From NCBI RefSeq assembly GCF_006345805.1, contig NC_042999.1:90644001-90708000 (forward strand): 64,000 bases of DNA, read 5' to 3'. Below are positions 25,567 to 40,629 of this stretch, piece after piece. Below the pieces are notes generated by a model. That model was not told the DNA's origin. It was given only the letters and a program-made list of their open reading frames with translations, and searched no databases. Source of the stretch: Octopus sinensis (Eukaryota). Every line of letters begins with the position of its first letter. The stretch's first letter is position 1. The translations under genes were made by a program, and so were the position numbers.

Positions 25567-25612
<46 letters not shown>

Positions 25613-25923
25613 TATATATACAGAGAGAGAGTGAGAGAGAGAGAGGTAGAGAGAGAGGAGAGAGAGAGAAGAGAGAGAGAGAGAGGAGAGAGAGTGCGAA
25701 CGTTTAGTGTGTGCAAACGAAATAGAAGACTACTTGGGATTACTCAGAAAAGGAAGTAATGATTGATTTTTTAGAAACCCGCAAACTTCTCTATTCGTAT
25801 GTACTAACAACTAATTCAATATACATAAAATAATAAAAGACATTCTTTCGTTCTCTCTATCTTCTTCTTTCTTTCTTTCTTTCTTTTTTCACACACACAC
25901 GCACACACACACATACGCACACA

Positions 25924-25978
<55 letters not shown>

Positions 25979-26026
25979 CATGAATATATATACACACATA
26001 CACCCAATCAGACACACATACATACA

Positions 26027-26078
<52 letters not shown>

Positions 26079-26085
26079 CATATAT
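25345..26085. repeat. Large compound microsatellite block (TCTG, TA, GA, TTTC, CA)
   Basis: Direct reading. Confidence 0.9.
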
Positions 26086-26104
26086 GCTACAATGCCTCTG
26101 TGGG

Positions 26105-26770
26105 TTGTAGTGTAGGGTCAATCCTCCAAAAAGAGGATTCCCTTACGGAAACCCAATGAGGATGTGCGAAACACTGAACGAGCTGTTCAAAAGTGTTTTC
26201 ACCCAACCCTTACGGCACTTGCAATTTAGCAAACCTAAAAGGGAGGCAGTGACAATTGATTACATCAACATCGAAGAAAAAGATGTAATGCTAGCAATAG
26301 ATGATATAGATTGCTCTGATGGATTCCCAACAATCCTTCTTAAGTTATGCCAACGAGTCATTGCAAAACCATTGCAGGTACTTTTTCAGAGCTTCCTCGC
26401 AAATGGTAAGCTCCCGGACAAACTAAAGAAGGAAATAATATGCCCTATCCATAAAGGAGAAAGCAGAGCAGATGCTAAAATCTATAGGCGAATTCTCTGA
26501 CCACACATATCAGTCATGGAACGAATAATCAGATGGAAATTAATTGCATTCCTTGAAGAGAATGATTTGCTGACTGGCGTCCAGTATGGTTTTCGACCAG
26601 GTAGAAGCTGCCTGACACAGCTTCTTGCGGCATTATGACTAGGTGCTAAAGCAGCTGCTCAACAACACAAATGTGCACGTGACATACCTCGACTTTGCAA
26701 AAGTTTATGACAAAGTCGACCATGGTATGATTTGTCATAAGCTACAAAATCTTGGCATATCTGGAAAAGG
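26105..26770 (+). mobile_element. CR1-like LINE RT remnant
   Basis: LNELFKSVFT, DGFPTILLK, IICPIHKG, QYGFRPGRSCLTQLL, YLDFAKVYDKVDHG, KLQNLGISGK, with stops and frameshifts. Confidence 0.9.
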
Positions 26771-26971
26771 GCAGCAACGTCAAACTCCCTCATTCATCAA
26801 ATGTCATACATCAGAGGAGATTTTGTGAAAGTGTAGCAAAGTAAATGGCGGTGCTCCAACATGACCGGAGACCTTGTACTGAAACTTGACAATAAATATA
26901 TATCTATATATATATAGTAAAAAAGAGGAGAGGGAGAATTTCGATTATCCCCCGTGTAGTGAGTTGTAAAG

Positions 26972-27032
<61 letters not shown>

Positions 27033-27059
27033 TAATAAAAGAAGGAAAATGCACATAAT

Positions 27060-28495
27060 TAACATAGTTTTGATATATTTTTAATATATTTTATACGTGA
27101 AAGAATATTGTTTGTCGACCGGTTTCGCTTTCGCTTATCATGACATTGAAATTATTGTAATTTCGTATTTTCTTAAGAAGATTTTAGACCATGCTGTGTA
27201 TGGATATTTGTGAATGAAATGAATCAACAGGTAGAAAAATCTAAGGGGAAATAATAGGTGATGGTTATTATTCGGGACAGAGGAGGTAATTGCTCATTTT
27301 GGGGGAGGGGGTAAATAGATACACAAAAACTCAAAAGCTAAAATAGTGGGATGAAATATTTACAGTGATATATATGTGAACAAGAATTAAAAATATATAC
27401 TGAGATCAAAGTAGGTTATGCGTTCATATTTAGGCGTTTTCTGCATTTTTCAATAAATAAATTTTCTATATTTAAACGTTCTTGTACGGAAATTGTTTCT
27501 TTGCACTGGTAAATGTGGAAAACTGTTAAATTTGGTTGGATATTACCTGCATATCTCTCTATATGTTCACTCAAAGGAATCTGTCTGTCCCGTTGTAAAC
27601 GGATTTGTTCCTTATGTAGTGTGGCTCTCCACCTAAGTGCCACATTTGTCTGTCCTATAAAATTATGTCCACAACCTGAACAAGTTATAACGTAAATTAG
27701 ATTCTCGGAGGCAGAAGGGAAGTTGGTTTTAATTTTGAACGTTTCTACTTGTTTGAATAGGAACTCCAGACTTTCCAGCAAGACGGAAGATGTTCCACAT
27801 TTTGAACGTCCACATTTTTTTAACCAATGGATTCATGGTTGTTGTGTAAAGCTTCGTATTTGTTAGAAATCGTTTCAGTGATTTGTGTTGCTTTTTGCAT
27901 TTGAAGAATTTATGTGTTTTGGATCCCTAGTGAGCATAGGTGAATTTTGTACAATAGTATTTTATGCCTCAGTGTTTCTAGGGTTGTGCGTTGATATATA
28001 TGGTAGTGTTTTGAGATGTGATGTGGAATTACGTTTTTTTTCCTTAGTGTTTTAATGTCTAATTTCTTGATTCGCTTAATTCCATTCTCTATAAGTGATG
28101 GTGGATATTGTCTCTCAGTTAGTGTTGTTCTGAGGTTTTGAAGACGGAGGTCCCGGGTATTTCCATCAGACACTATCGTGCAAATCCTTTTTGCTAAGTT
28201 AAAGGGTATATTCCTTTTAATGTGTTTCGGGTGGCATGAGCTAAACAGAAGATATTGTTTCGAGTTCGTTGGCTTATAATAAATGTCAGTTACAATATGG
28301 TTGTTGACTTATTTTATCATAAAAATCAAGAAAGTGAGCTGTTCTTTGCTATGCTCCATTGTATAATTGAATGTTAGGGTATTATTTAGTACTGATATAA
28401 ATTTCCAAAGTTTATGAATGGTTTCATTCCAAATGATAAAGCAGTCATCCTGACATCTTTTCCAGTTTCCTCTTATATGATGGTGAAATGGATGT

Positions 28496-28500
<5 letters not shown>
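27060..28500 (-). mobile_element. 5'-truncated Penelope-like element (Neptune-type): RT C-half + GIY-YIG endonuclease + 3' UTR, degenerate
   Basis: [20 protein letters not shown]; KKCGRSKCGT linker; NLIYVITCSGCGHNFIGQT, EHI, LNIENLFI, LN; (TA)n at both ends. Confidence 0.9.
27113..27145 (-). ncRNA. Decayed minimal hammerhead in the PLE 3' UTR
   Basis: TGTC-ATGATAA-GC-GAAA-GC-GAAA-CCGG-TC-GACA; core changed at C3 and G8. Confidence 0.65.
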
Positions 28501-29640
<1,140 letters not shown>

Positions 29641-29910
29641 TGTTGTCGTTGCTGTTACGTTCCGTTCTTGTTTCTAAAGATAAGGTCACTATATTTTAAA
29701 TAACAATGATAACACGTTGAAATACTTATAATGGAATTAATGTAGAGATAAGGCACTTGCTGCCTTCAAAAGGTTTCCACATGAACGGGATAAGAAATCG
29801 AAATGCGTATGAATAATTAATATTATGTTCTTATAAACTGAACGTATATCATATATATAATATATACAACATATGTATAACATAGTATATATACATGTGT
29901 GTGTGTGCGT

Positions 29911-30254
29911 GAAGGCGCATGCTTCGGTGGTTAGAGCCTCGGGCTCAGAATTATGAAGTAGTGACTTCGATTCCTGGACCGAGCTGCGTGTTGTGTTCTT
30001 GAGCAAGACACTTTATATCACGTTGCTCCAGTTCACTCAGCTGTAGAAATGATTTACGACTTCACTTGTGCCAAGGTGTATCGGCCTTTGCCTTTCCCTT
30101 GGGTAACATCGGTGGCACAGATAGGGAGAGATGGAGGGAGTCTGGTACTCATTGGGTGACTGCTGTTCTTACATAAACAGCCTTGCCCGGACTCGTACCT
30201 TGGAGGGTAACTTTCTCAGTACAGTCCCATGGTCATTCATGACCGATGGGGGTC
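29911..30254 (+). mobile_element. SINE family D (CORE-like)
   Basis: tRNA head, GTTGTGTTCTTGAGCAAGACACTT, tail …CCTTGCCCGGACTCGTACCTTGGAGGGTAACTTTCT…GACCGATGGGGGTC; partial copy at 62828. Confidence 0.85.
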
Positions 30255-30280
30255 GTTGTATGTGTGCGTATGTATATATA

Positions 30281-30322
<42 letters not shown>

Positions 30323-30562
30323 CTGTAAGATCCAGGGATCGAGGTATAGGAAGAAAGTTAGCTTCAAGCAATCCGTAGTAAATATAAAAGAACAACTTTC
30401 AGGGTCAATAGTGGTTTATTGAGACGGAAGATTATGGATTGTTTTCGTATCGAAATACGATAAACTGAAAAAAGTTATTTTTATATTTCAAGGTAGGCGA
30501 TCAGGGTTGGTGGGTGTGAGAATAAGAATACAAAAGTTATGGAGTGGAGTAGATAAGACCCA

Positions 30563-30646
30563 GGCCACAAATGTTTCATAGCGTGCTGAACCTCAAAAGT
30601 GGTAAATATCCAGGCGAGGTGTATACTGCAGGCTACTCTTCAGGCC
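30563..30646 (-). ncRNA. Hammerhead-like motif with long stem II; cleavage nucleotide is G
   Basis: GGC-CTGAAGA-GTAGC…(CTG/CAG, CCTC/GAGG, TGG/CCA)…GCTAT-GAAA-CATTTG-TG-GCC. Confidence 0.55.
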
Positions 30647-30711
30647 AAAGTTATCTTGATTAAATGAAAGTTTACATTGCCGCAAGGAGGTACATCTTAG
30701 TGCATGGGAAG

Positions 30712-30845
30712 TATGTATGTATGTATGTATGTATGTATGTATGTATGTATGTATGTATGTATGTATGTATGTATGTATGTATGTATGTATGTATGTATGT
30801 ATGTATGTATGTATGTATGTATGTATGTATGTATGTATGTATGCA
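30712..30845. repeat. (TATG)n
   Basis: Direct reading. Confidence 0.95.
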
Positions 30846-31583
30846 CGTATGTGTGTATGTATTTATGCGACTACACAATACTATTTTTCCACCCCACCGG
30901 ACAAACCTCCACGTTTCCCTTAATTTGATGTCTTTGTTATCGAAGGGACGTTGTCCCCAATTTTTGCTCACTTAATGAAATAGCCAGATATAGTAATGCG
31001 TTCCCTATTGATGACATTGTCGATGCTGTTGTTTGTAGGATTGGTGACTGCGATAGTGTTGTTTTGCCGTTGTTGTTGTTGGTGGTCTTTGTGTTGTTAT
31101 CATTGTAGTTAATTGTGGTATTTACGTGCGAATTGCTGCTAGCAGACGGGGAACTGATATTCTTTCCATTACTGTTGCTGATGTTGATGCTACTGTTCGT
31201 TGTAACACCTGCAGACATCGCTGGACTAACCATTGAGCAAAATAAGCTCATGCTAAGGGCACCAAGGGAATCGGGAGTGGGAACAGCACAGAAATGGGAA
31301 TCGGTTTACGGTTCAGAAGAAATTACTTTAAACTTGTTAAAATAATATTCGGGATGTCTTATCTCTACTTAGTATAGAAGCAGATGTGCTAGGTAACATT
31401 AATTTTGAGGATCTGATAAAAAAAAAACCCTGCAATTATTAAAAAGTAGAAAACATTTCAAATATAAAGTAGAAGTATACAAAAATAAACATTCATTTTC
31501 ATTTTACTGTTAGCTTTGTTCCATTTTGAAAAATAAAAAATTATTTTATGGTTTATTATTGTTTATACTTTGAATTACATATA

Positions 31584-31798
31584 CGAGGAGGTGCTAAAAA
31601 GTTCTTGACTTTAAGGTTACTGCGAAAGGCCTGGTTAGCGGCCCAACCTTCCGACTTCTTCTACAGGGCTTAGAAAAACTGAAGGACTGCAGCAAGAAAT
31701 GTGTGAATCTGAGAGGGAAATGTTAAATAAAATCATAATTAACTAATCCTCCTGTATTTTCTTTTACACAAACTCAGGAACTTTTGAGCACTCCCTCG
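31584..31798 (+). mobile_element. Mariner-derived MITE with TA TSD
   Basis: TIRs CGAGGAGGTGCTAAAAAGTTC and GAACTTTTGAGCACTCCCTCG, TA at both ends; interior encodes GLEKLKDCSKKCVNLRG (mariner C-terminus). Confidence 0.9.
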
Positions 31799-32801
31799 TA
31801 TATAGGAGCGCCCAAATATTTTAAGTTGTTAGGGCCTGTATGAGTTTTAATTCAGTCCTGCTTCTACAGTTTGCAATACGAATATTGGAATCCCTCATGA
31901 TGGTAGTAATTGTGCCAGTAACTTGCATGTTACTGATAAGTTGATTAGTTGTAGTGGTAACGGTAATGTCGTTTTTGCATGAGGTTTCTGTGATGTTGGT
32001 CTCACTGAATTTGGTGTTATGTAGTTTCATAGTATGCCTCGTGTATCTTTCCACGTTGGGGTCCTTCCACAGTACATCCACCTTTATGGGTGCCTGCAAC
32101 TCTCTGATTTGTGGTTCCAACCGCAGCTGGTTTCACTAAATTTTATTCCAGTAAAAAATATAATTTTAAGGTTTTTTGAATTAAATTTCACTTTCGCTTT
32201 CAGTAATCAAGTTCATATTTCTGTATCTTATCTAATTTTACTGTATAGACCACAAATTCGTATTCTGTGTAGCCAGTCATAAGAAAAGAAAGATACGGTA
32301 CGCTGGATAGGTCCACCGACCTAACAAAAAGACTGTCAAGATACGATCTGTATGACCTGACGTTCTTTGTCCTATCTATATTGGAGAAATCCCATCAATT
32401 CCTGGTAAACAACTGGAAGTGCATGAGTTGTTTTGTGATGTTCTCCTTTATCCTTCTAACAACAACACAATCTTAGCTTACGCCAAAGACATCATCAAAC
32501 TCGCGTTTTAACACTAATGAACGGGATGTTCAAAAATGTTTCTTGATATTTGAAGAAGTTCGTGCACCCGAACATAACTGAATATTAAACGAACTTTGGT
32601 ATAAAGGCTTCATCTTCACTGCAGTTTTACTGCTTTTGGATCCTGAGGACGTGTCGACTAATGTCGAATTCTCTTTTTGGCAAACGCTTGATCCCCCATC
32701 TCTCACATCTTTTTTGATCGAGCGACGAAAAATTGAAAGAGGGTAACAGAACATCCGTGTATGTGTGTACATAATCACCCTCATCCAAAACATGTTGACA
32801 C

Positions 32802-32832
<31 letters not shown>

Positions 32833-33927
32833 TGTATGTATGTATGTATGTATGTATGTATGTATGTATGTATGTATGTATGTATGCACGTATCTATGTG
32901 TATGCGTGTGTGTTTGTGTTGTTTAGAGTGAATGGGTATTTCTATGAGGAAACTTTGGGTTGCTGCTGTAATTATAGAATTGTAGTCACTTTTGAAGTTG
33001 CTTCTGTCGTTTTTGAGATTGTAGCGTTGACATCAAGAGCGGCGGGTGGGAGTCTCACAAAATGTTTCCTTTCTGTAAGGAAGAAAATTATTCATAAGGC
33101 CGGTGTTTACACATTATATATCTGACTGCAACCGTTATTCCCTTTCCGCTCTGTAACGGTAATATAATCCCGAATGCCGAAGTAAGCAAGCTGTTTTGGA
33201 GGAGAAGTTTGTCTCATCAATGTAAGCAGTATTAGGAATATGCGATGTACATTTTCAGCTTGAAACCACACGGGAAAAAATCATGTGTTGATAGGATAAA
33301 AAGTATGTATACTAAAATATTTATTCTAAATTTATGAAGTCTGTAGTAATAAGTGAAAAACTACTGCTGTGCATAAACTTTTGGTCCGTTGACTCTACTA
33401 CATTATTTGTGACTGTAGCCTCAGCCTTAAACTTGTTTTTCATTAGTTCGCAGTTTTAAGTTTCCGCCTTTGGGCTGGACCAAGACTGAATGAAGTGTTT
33501 AACAAAATGCCTCTATTTTCATTTCTATGTTTTGAAATTTTATTGATGACAGTCATTTGGGCTTTTGCAACCCCGTGATATCGCCTTATACTTCACAACC
33601 ACACAAATACACATTTGAATACGAAGCGTACATGGACATAACCGAATATTACAACGCCCTGAAGAAGATTCTTTCATCAACATGCAAGTATAGAGGTATT
33701 TCAAATCGTGATTGAATGAACGAAGTAACGTCCATTCACTGTGACGAATACATCAATATGAGAAGGTGAGAAGAAAATCGGCTGATCCTGTTTACCGACA
33801 GTTATCAATGCACATGGAAATGCTTACATTCATATGTATGTATGTCATTATTAAGTTTTATTTCAAGATTTCTTGCCAATAGAGAAAGAGCCGGTTTCTA
33901 ACCTAGATCCAAAGCTCCTTCATTGGA

Positions 33928-34069
<142 letters not shown>

Positions 34070-34350
34070 TACTGTTCCGTCAAGATAAGATCGGCAAAAG
34101 AAGTACTCCATCCAGATAAATGTCATTTAATGTACACAGTATAAAGATATGAGCTCTTAATAGTGTCTTGTATCCAAGCAATCTCTTGATCACACGGTCT
34201 ATTCGATTTGCAAATTGAGAGCATATGCTCAGACTTGAAGATTGCTTGGAGACACAAGGTGTGTTATAAAAACCTGTTTAGATCTGCGTCACCAAAGCAT
34301 GAAATTATCAGTAGCTCGTATCTTTAAACTGTTTACATTAAATGATATCT

Positions 34351-34390
<40 letters not shown>

Positions 34391-34449
34391 GAAGGGAAAG
34401 AAAAAAGGGAAATAGGAAAGCTTCTGACAATGCGTAAATTTTCACAAAA

Positions 34450-34487
34450 CCTTTATATTTCAGGCTCAAAGGCCCATCCTCAGAAGA
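34450..34487 (-). ncRNA. Minimal hammerhead in the PLE pLTR
   Basis: TCTT-CTGAGGA-T-GGGC-CTTTGA-GCCT-GAAA-TA-TA-AAGG; core intact, palindromic ATAT helix III. Confidence 0.7.
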
Positions 34488-35951
34488 AAAACAGTCTGAG
34501 AAATGTCTTGTTATACAGGTTCTGTTAACGTATTCAGATTACTCAGCTGTAGCAGTCATTCTCCAAATGTTGGTGTAGTCAACTCTCCAAGTGTTGGTGT
34601 AAACAGACATCCAACTGATGCTGTTTGCGACTCACCATCTGTTGGATGATATGACCGGTTAGCAGCAGTAGCTGCATGTTGCCAGGTGTTGGTGCAGGCA
34701 ACTCACCAACCGTTGGTTGTTGCGACATATAATTACGTGGTGATGGTGGCGTATATTATCGTGTTTTAGGAGCCATCAGCTCAACTCCGGTCGGCTGTAA
34801 ATTTTCGGGTTGAGGTGGTGGATCAGTAGAGCTTCTTTTATATGTAGATTACCAGTGTTCCTATCCGAGGCCAGTATGGAGTCGTCTACCTCCTTGGTGG
34901 TGTTGTCAGATCTGCTCAGATGCTTACAGAATGAAGATGCGTTGGTAGTGAGATGTTCCTTAATTTGAACGTGAAGTGGTAGTACTGTGCTACCGATATA
35001 ATAGTTGTTGCATTTGGGAGCATTGTATCTGGTATGCTACGCACGTAGGTAGACACATTTTAGCTTCACGAATGGGGTAATATGTTAGTGTGCAGGGCTG
35101 ATGTACTGCACGTGACTACCTCGTTGATAGGTGTTTAGGTAGGGACGGCCCTGAAATCTTCAAGAAACAGTTGTTAGAGAGATCTCTCTTGCGACGTTTA
35201 ACTGACCTGTGTTTTCGTATGGAGTTAGTAACGGACGTTGGATATCCGTTGGCCTCAAGTACCTTTAGGAATTGAGTAATATGTGCGTCCCGGCTAGTGT
35301 TATCACTGCATCTTTTGTGTTTCTGGGCGATCTCGTTACGTACATAGCTCATTTTAGCCTTGATGGGAAGGACCGACTTGTAGTGGATGAAGAGATCCCT
35401 GCAAGTTGATTTTCTGTAGAATACCGTGTCAAATTTTCCCTTGCCTGTAATGTTTAGCCGAGAGTCAAGCAAGGAGAGGGAACCATCACTGTTTGGGTGT
35501 TCAATGGTGAAGCTAATATGTTGGTTCATCTTGTTGAAATTCTCTAGTATAGTGGAGACGTCCTCGTGGGATTCAGCGAGCATGAGAATGTCATCCACAT
35601 ACCTGGAGAAAAAGGTATATGAGTGGCGGGTACTGAGTGCCCTACGCTCCAGCCGGTCAAACTAGGCATTAGCGAGCAAGTCTGAGAGGCCGGACCCCAT
35701 AGGCAGGCCTGAACACCGTTTATACGCGTTGTCAAAGAAGTCGAAGTGTGTGTTTGTGACTATAACTAATAGTAGCTGATAGATGCCGGAGAAGGTGAGT
35801 TTCTTACACCAACAGTTGGATGTTTGTTTACATCAACGCTTGGAGAGTTGATTGTACCAACATTTGGAGAGTGACTGCTACTGCTAACATAAAGCTGAGG
35901 AATTTGAATATGTTACCGGAGCCTGTTTAACTTGGTATTTCACAGACTTTT

Positions 35952-35988
35952 TCTTTTGAGGATGGGATTTGAGCCTGAAATATAAAGG
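35952..35988 (+). ncRNA. Hammerhead copy in the inverted pLTR (C3U)
   Basis: TCTT-TTGAGGA-TGGGATTTGAGCCT-GAAA-TATA-AAGG. Confidence 0.6.
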
Positions 35989-36770
35989 TTTTGTGAAACT
36001 TTCTGCATTGACAGAAGCTTTCCAATTTCCTCCTCGTTTCCCTTCTTCGATACTAGAATGCTTCAAGCGAACTACAGCGCTCTTATATATTTATATATAA
36101 ATATTTACCTACATATAAATATTTTATGGTCCTGTCAGGGTAGAAAGATAGGGTATTTCCAATGCAGCACTCAACTCAGGCTCTGCCATATGAACACTGT
36201 CGGAATCCAGACTAATACCGAAATTCTTCAGGTGAAGAAAATCGTGGTTTCACAACGGTAAAATCATCGTGTGGTTTTAGCGATGAGAAAAATATAATCG
36301 AATAAAATGACATCGCTTTTAATGCATCTTTAAAGACCAGTTACAATTGTTTCTGTATTATCTCTGCTTTCACGCAAAAGTTCAAAGTGAAAATTTACGT
36401 AATATTTGCGGCTCTAGACATTAGCGTGGCACTTCCTCAGACCTGTATCAAATGTGCACTCTTACATTTGGGCACAATGTAAAAGCGTTTCTTTGACGCA
36501 GGTCTGCCAAAGTAATGTTAAAAATCACAAACATTACGTAAATTTTCTCTTCTAACTTTTGAGTGAACTTTCGTTGAAAGCAAAGTTGGTACAGAAATTG
36601 CAGTGACTATTAAAGAGGTGTTAAAATCTTTCTTTGTCTTTATATTCAGATTACACACACATACACACCATTCACACACATATATAGTTATATACGTATA
36701 TGCACATGCATACAGGTGTGTATGTATATATCTATTTAAATGCATCTATATTTGAATATGTTTATATATT

Positions 36771-36774
<4 letters not shown>

Positions 36775-36811
<37 letters not shown>

Positions 36812-36838
36812 GTATGTCTGTCTGTATGTATGTATGTA

Positions 36839-36919
<81 letters not shown>
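36775..36919. repeat. (TATG)n(TG)n(GA)n compound
   Basis: Direct reading. Confidence 0.95.
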
Positions 36920-36925
<6 letters not shown>

Positions 36926-37363
36926 CGATGTATGTGTGTCTTAACCGTTGCTTAAAACCAGAGGTCCATTCTAAATTTATTGAATTCATTAGAACCATTT
37001 ATTTGCCTTGCCTTTTGCGTTTTAATATTTAAATGCTTCCTAAAGGGAATCTTCACCTACTTATAACTTGGATAATCTAAAGCTAGCAGAGGCAAATTTT
37101 CAGTTCGTTATAAAAATATCTGCGAGACGCTAGCGTATTTGCGTTTCATTAGATAGCTTTGGGGGTAGTTTTAGAGAAACGAAAACACATCCGACGAAAA
37201 CAACATTTGTAGTATAAAAAGAAGAAATCAGCAACAAGCGCAGAAGCGAATGGCAATACAGTAAGACATGTTATCAGGTTTACTTAATTATATAGGAAGC
37301 TTAATAAATATTAGGAGAGAAAGAGAAAGAGAAACAGATATATATGTGTATGTGTACATACAT

Positions 37364-37441
<78 letters not shown>

Positions 37442-37774
37442 TGATATGTATATATATATGTATACACACATACACAAATGCGTATTTATGTACACAAGAA
37501 GACTCGATAGCGCATATTGCTGTAAATAAGCATACACATGAACAGGCAGACACATGTAAAAACATGCAAAGAAAAAACTTTGAACAATATACAAACGGAC
37601 AACATTGGTTACATGTTACTCAATACTGGAAGTAGAGTAATCCTGAAGCGAATAATGCATAAATCTAAATATATGCATAACTACTGCATAACTACAGCAA
37701 CTCTACTATTACTGTGAATTGGAAAGATGAAATTACAGCTAAAGTAGTTTTCGTGAATTTACTCAGTGTCTTCA

Positions 37775-38005
37775 TACTCACTCACTCACTCACTCACTCA
37801 CCCACCCACCCACTCACTCACTCACCCACTCACTCATTCACTCACTCACCCACCCACCCACCCACTCACTCACCCACCCACTCACTCACCCACCCACTCA
37901 CTCATTCACTCACTCACCCACCCACTCACTCACTCACTCACTCACTCACTCACTCACTCACTCACTCACTCACTCACTCACTCACTCACTCACTCACTCA
38001 CTCAC
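37775..38005. repeat. (CTCA)n/(CCCA)n
   Basis: Direct reading. Confidence 0.95.
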
Positions 38006-39718
38006 GCAATCACACACAGTATAATTACAATAAGCATTGAAATGGATAATATAAGAAGATCAAAGCGTGACAAATAAAGTTTAAAGCAGAGAGAAAGTGC
38101 CTTAACATTTCGGACATAGGAATCTGTTGATATATATTCATTCCTCGGACGGGATGAAGGTCCGCCGCAGGGTTATTCATTTTTTTAATAGCTGTGTAGA
38201 GTGGATTAACGTTAAATGACACTGCACACTTTCTTAAAATGCCGTAGAATGTTCAATAATAATATGATATCAGCTTTACTATATGTCACTTTGTGGTGTA
38301 CTTGTTGAACTGTTACGGTAAAGGTATAATATACTTTCCGCTATACCTAAATTCACTCAGTAATTCTAATTCATGTAATTTAAAAGGAAGATATCAGACA
38401 AACTCTATACTTTACTGTGCAAAAGTTTCACCAGAAAACTTAGAAAATATCAAAGAGTACATTAGTTTAACAGCTAGCCCATTTAAACTTTGATATAGAC
38501 ATACAAACATTTAGAAACGCATAAACATACAAACATTTAGAAACATAGTTAGACGTGCAGACTATTATGCCAAAATATATTTGGCACATGAAATATAAAA
38601 ATATCAATTTCAATATCACATGACAATTTTTGAATCATACTAAATCAATTCTGAAGCTGTTTTGGTTTATGTGTCTCTGAGAAATAAAACATCTCGTACC
38701 ATTCCAAGCTTGTGTCTTTTTGCAGACATAGACATTAATTTCTACTGCAGAACGATGAACAATTACAGTAATAATACATGTTATCTGAGTAAATACAACA
38801 AAGTTGTTGCTTTTGTTCTACCCATCTCTGTGCACATTCAGCACGAATAAATTTTCATATACTTTCATAACATTCTATACCAAAATCATACTAGCAACTG
38901 TACTGTCTTATATAATCTTTTTCTCCAAATCATATTTCATATTTTTTTTTTCTTTCACTTAGTGTAGCTATTTCATACGAAAACCAATTAAAGTAACTTA
39001 CTATACGGTAAAGCTTCCCTTTTAATCTCGCCTGTTCTGCTGGGCCATCTTAGCAACATTATAGGCCCCGAATAAATCAATGCAGTAGATTCTGTAGATT
39101 AATGAGAGCAAGTCACAGAATACATAGCTTAGAATAGGACCTCTTGACCTGGTGGATCCCGGACAACTGCCGTTCTATCCTCATTTTTCAATTTCAAAGT
39201 CTGGAGATTTTTAGCTCTAAAATTTCTTAAAATTATTCTCCCTTCTTTCCTTTAAGAGAGCTAATTCTACACTCTATTATACAATTCGTTCTCATTAATT
39301 AAAATAAATGTACTTTCTTTTTTGTTACTATTTTTCTGCGAGTTTAATTTCTGTTTTTCCTTACTTTCACCATGTTTTTCTTTTCATCTCTTACACTTCT
39401 GCTTTCAACAACTTTATCATTTCTTTTTACAAAGTTTATAGATTCCAACTCTCCCCAAGCAAATTAAACATTTATTTTTAAATATTTTGTAATTTTCCGA
39501 GTGAAATTAAATCATGTGTATACTAAATCATATGTATATAAAGGTATGTTTCTATGTTAATCGCTACTTCCAGTCAAATCGAAAAGCTAAATTCGAAGTC
39601 ACGTTTGGAAAGTTTCCGCTTCTATTAACTAATATTACCCTACATTACGCATCGATGATATATTTCTCGTGTGTGCTTGTGTTAACGCGCATATATACAG
39701 TATATATGTGTGTGAGTG

Positions 39719-39838
<120 letters not shown>

Positions 39839-40320
39839 ACGCATGCATATGTTGATGTGCGTGTATGGTTGGGTAATATATACGCAACAGTATACAATGG
39901 CTATAAATTAGTTACAATATATCAGAATTTTATACTTTTGAGACATGTACGTTTAGCTGTCGTATAATAACAAAATCACTCTGAAATAACAAAAGACCTT
40001 AAAAAAAAACTATATAACATAGCAAACCATGGAAAAATGTAGTTCTTCATATATGACATACGGATAGCCACGTCTAGCATGCCTTTGACTGTACGTTTAA
40101 TTGATCAGTAATTAACTGTAGCTAGTCGATAGCAATCAATATCAACCACAACCATAACTTTTATTTTATTGAGCATAATTACATAATGTCATAGCTACGT
40201 GATTGGAAACAGCAGGACTCAGCGTTAAATATTTCAATATTGGATTAAAAGGGCCAAATAATAGAAACAATAACTGAAATACTAGCTGATTAAGTTTAAA
40301 TCCATATCAGTTGAAAGCGC

Positions 40321-40629
40321 GGAGGCGCAATGGCCCAGTGGTTAGGACAGTGGACTCGCGGTCGGAGGATCGCGGTTTCGATTCCCAGACCGGGCGTTGT
40401 GTGTGTTTATTGAGTGAGAATACCTAAAGCTCCACGAGGCTCCGGCAGGGGGGTGGGGTGGAGACCCCTGTTGTACTCTTTCGCCCCAACATTCTCTCAC
40501 TCTCTCTTTCTTGAGTAACGCTGCGATGGAATGGCGTCCCATTCAGTTGTGGGGAACACATATGCCACAGAAACCGGGAAACCGGGCCTATGAGCCTGGC
40601 TAGGCTTGAAAAGGGCGCATAAAAAAAAA
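40321..40629 (+). mobile_element. SINE family B
   Basis: Colinear with 12063-12371. Confidence 0.9.

Larger units (their letters stand above)
34387..36055 (-). mobile_element. 5'-truncated Penelope-like element with inverted 5' pseudo-LTR
   Basis: RT: SGLPMGSGLSDLLANA, SRYVDDI, SLLD, YRK, NGYP; after a frameshift, endonuclease VAYQIQC-SKCNNYYIGST…EHL…KHL…KEALLI…NPKIY, stop at 34776; 3' UTR 34387-34775; 35794-36055 is an inverted, diverged copy of 34387-34636. Confidence 0.92.

Noticed and set aside
33659-33712. CTGAAGAAGATT…AATC
   Set aside because: GAAA is replaced by GTGA; no helix III or stem I.
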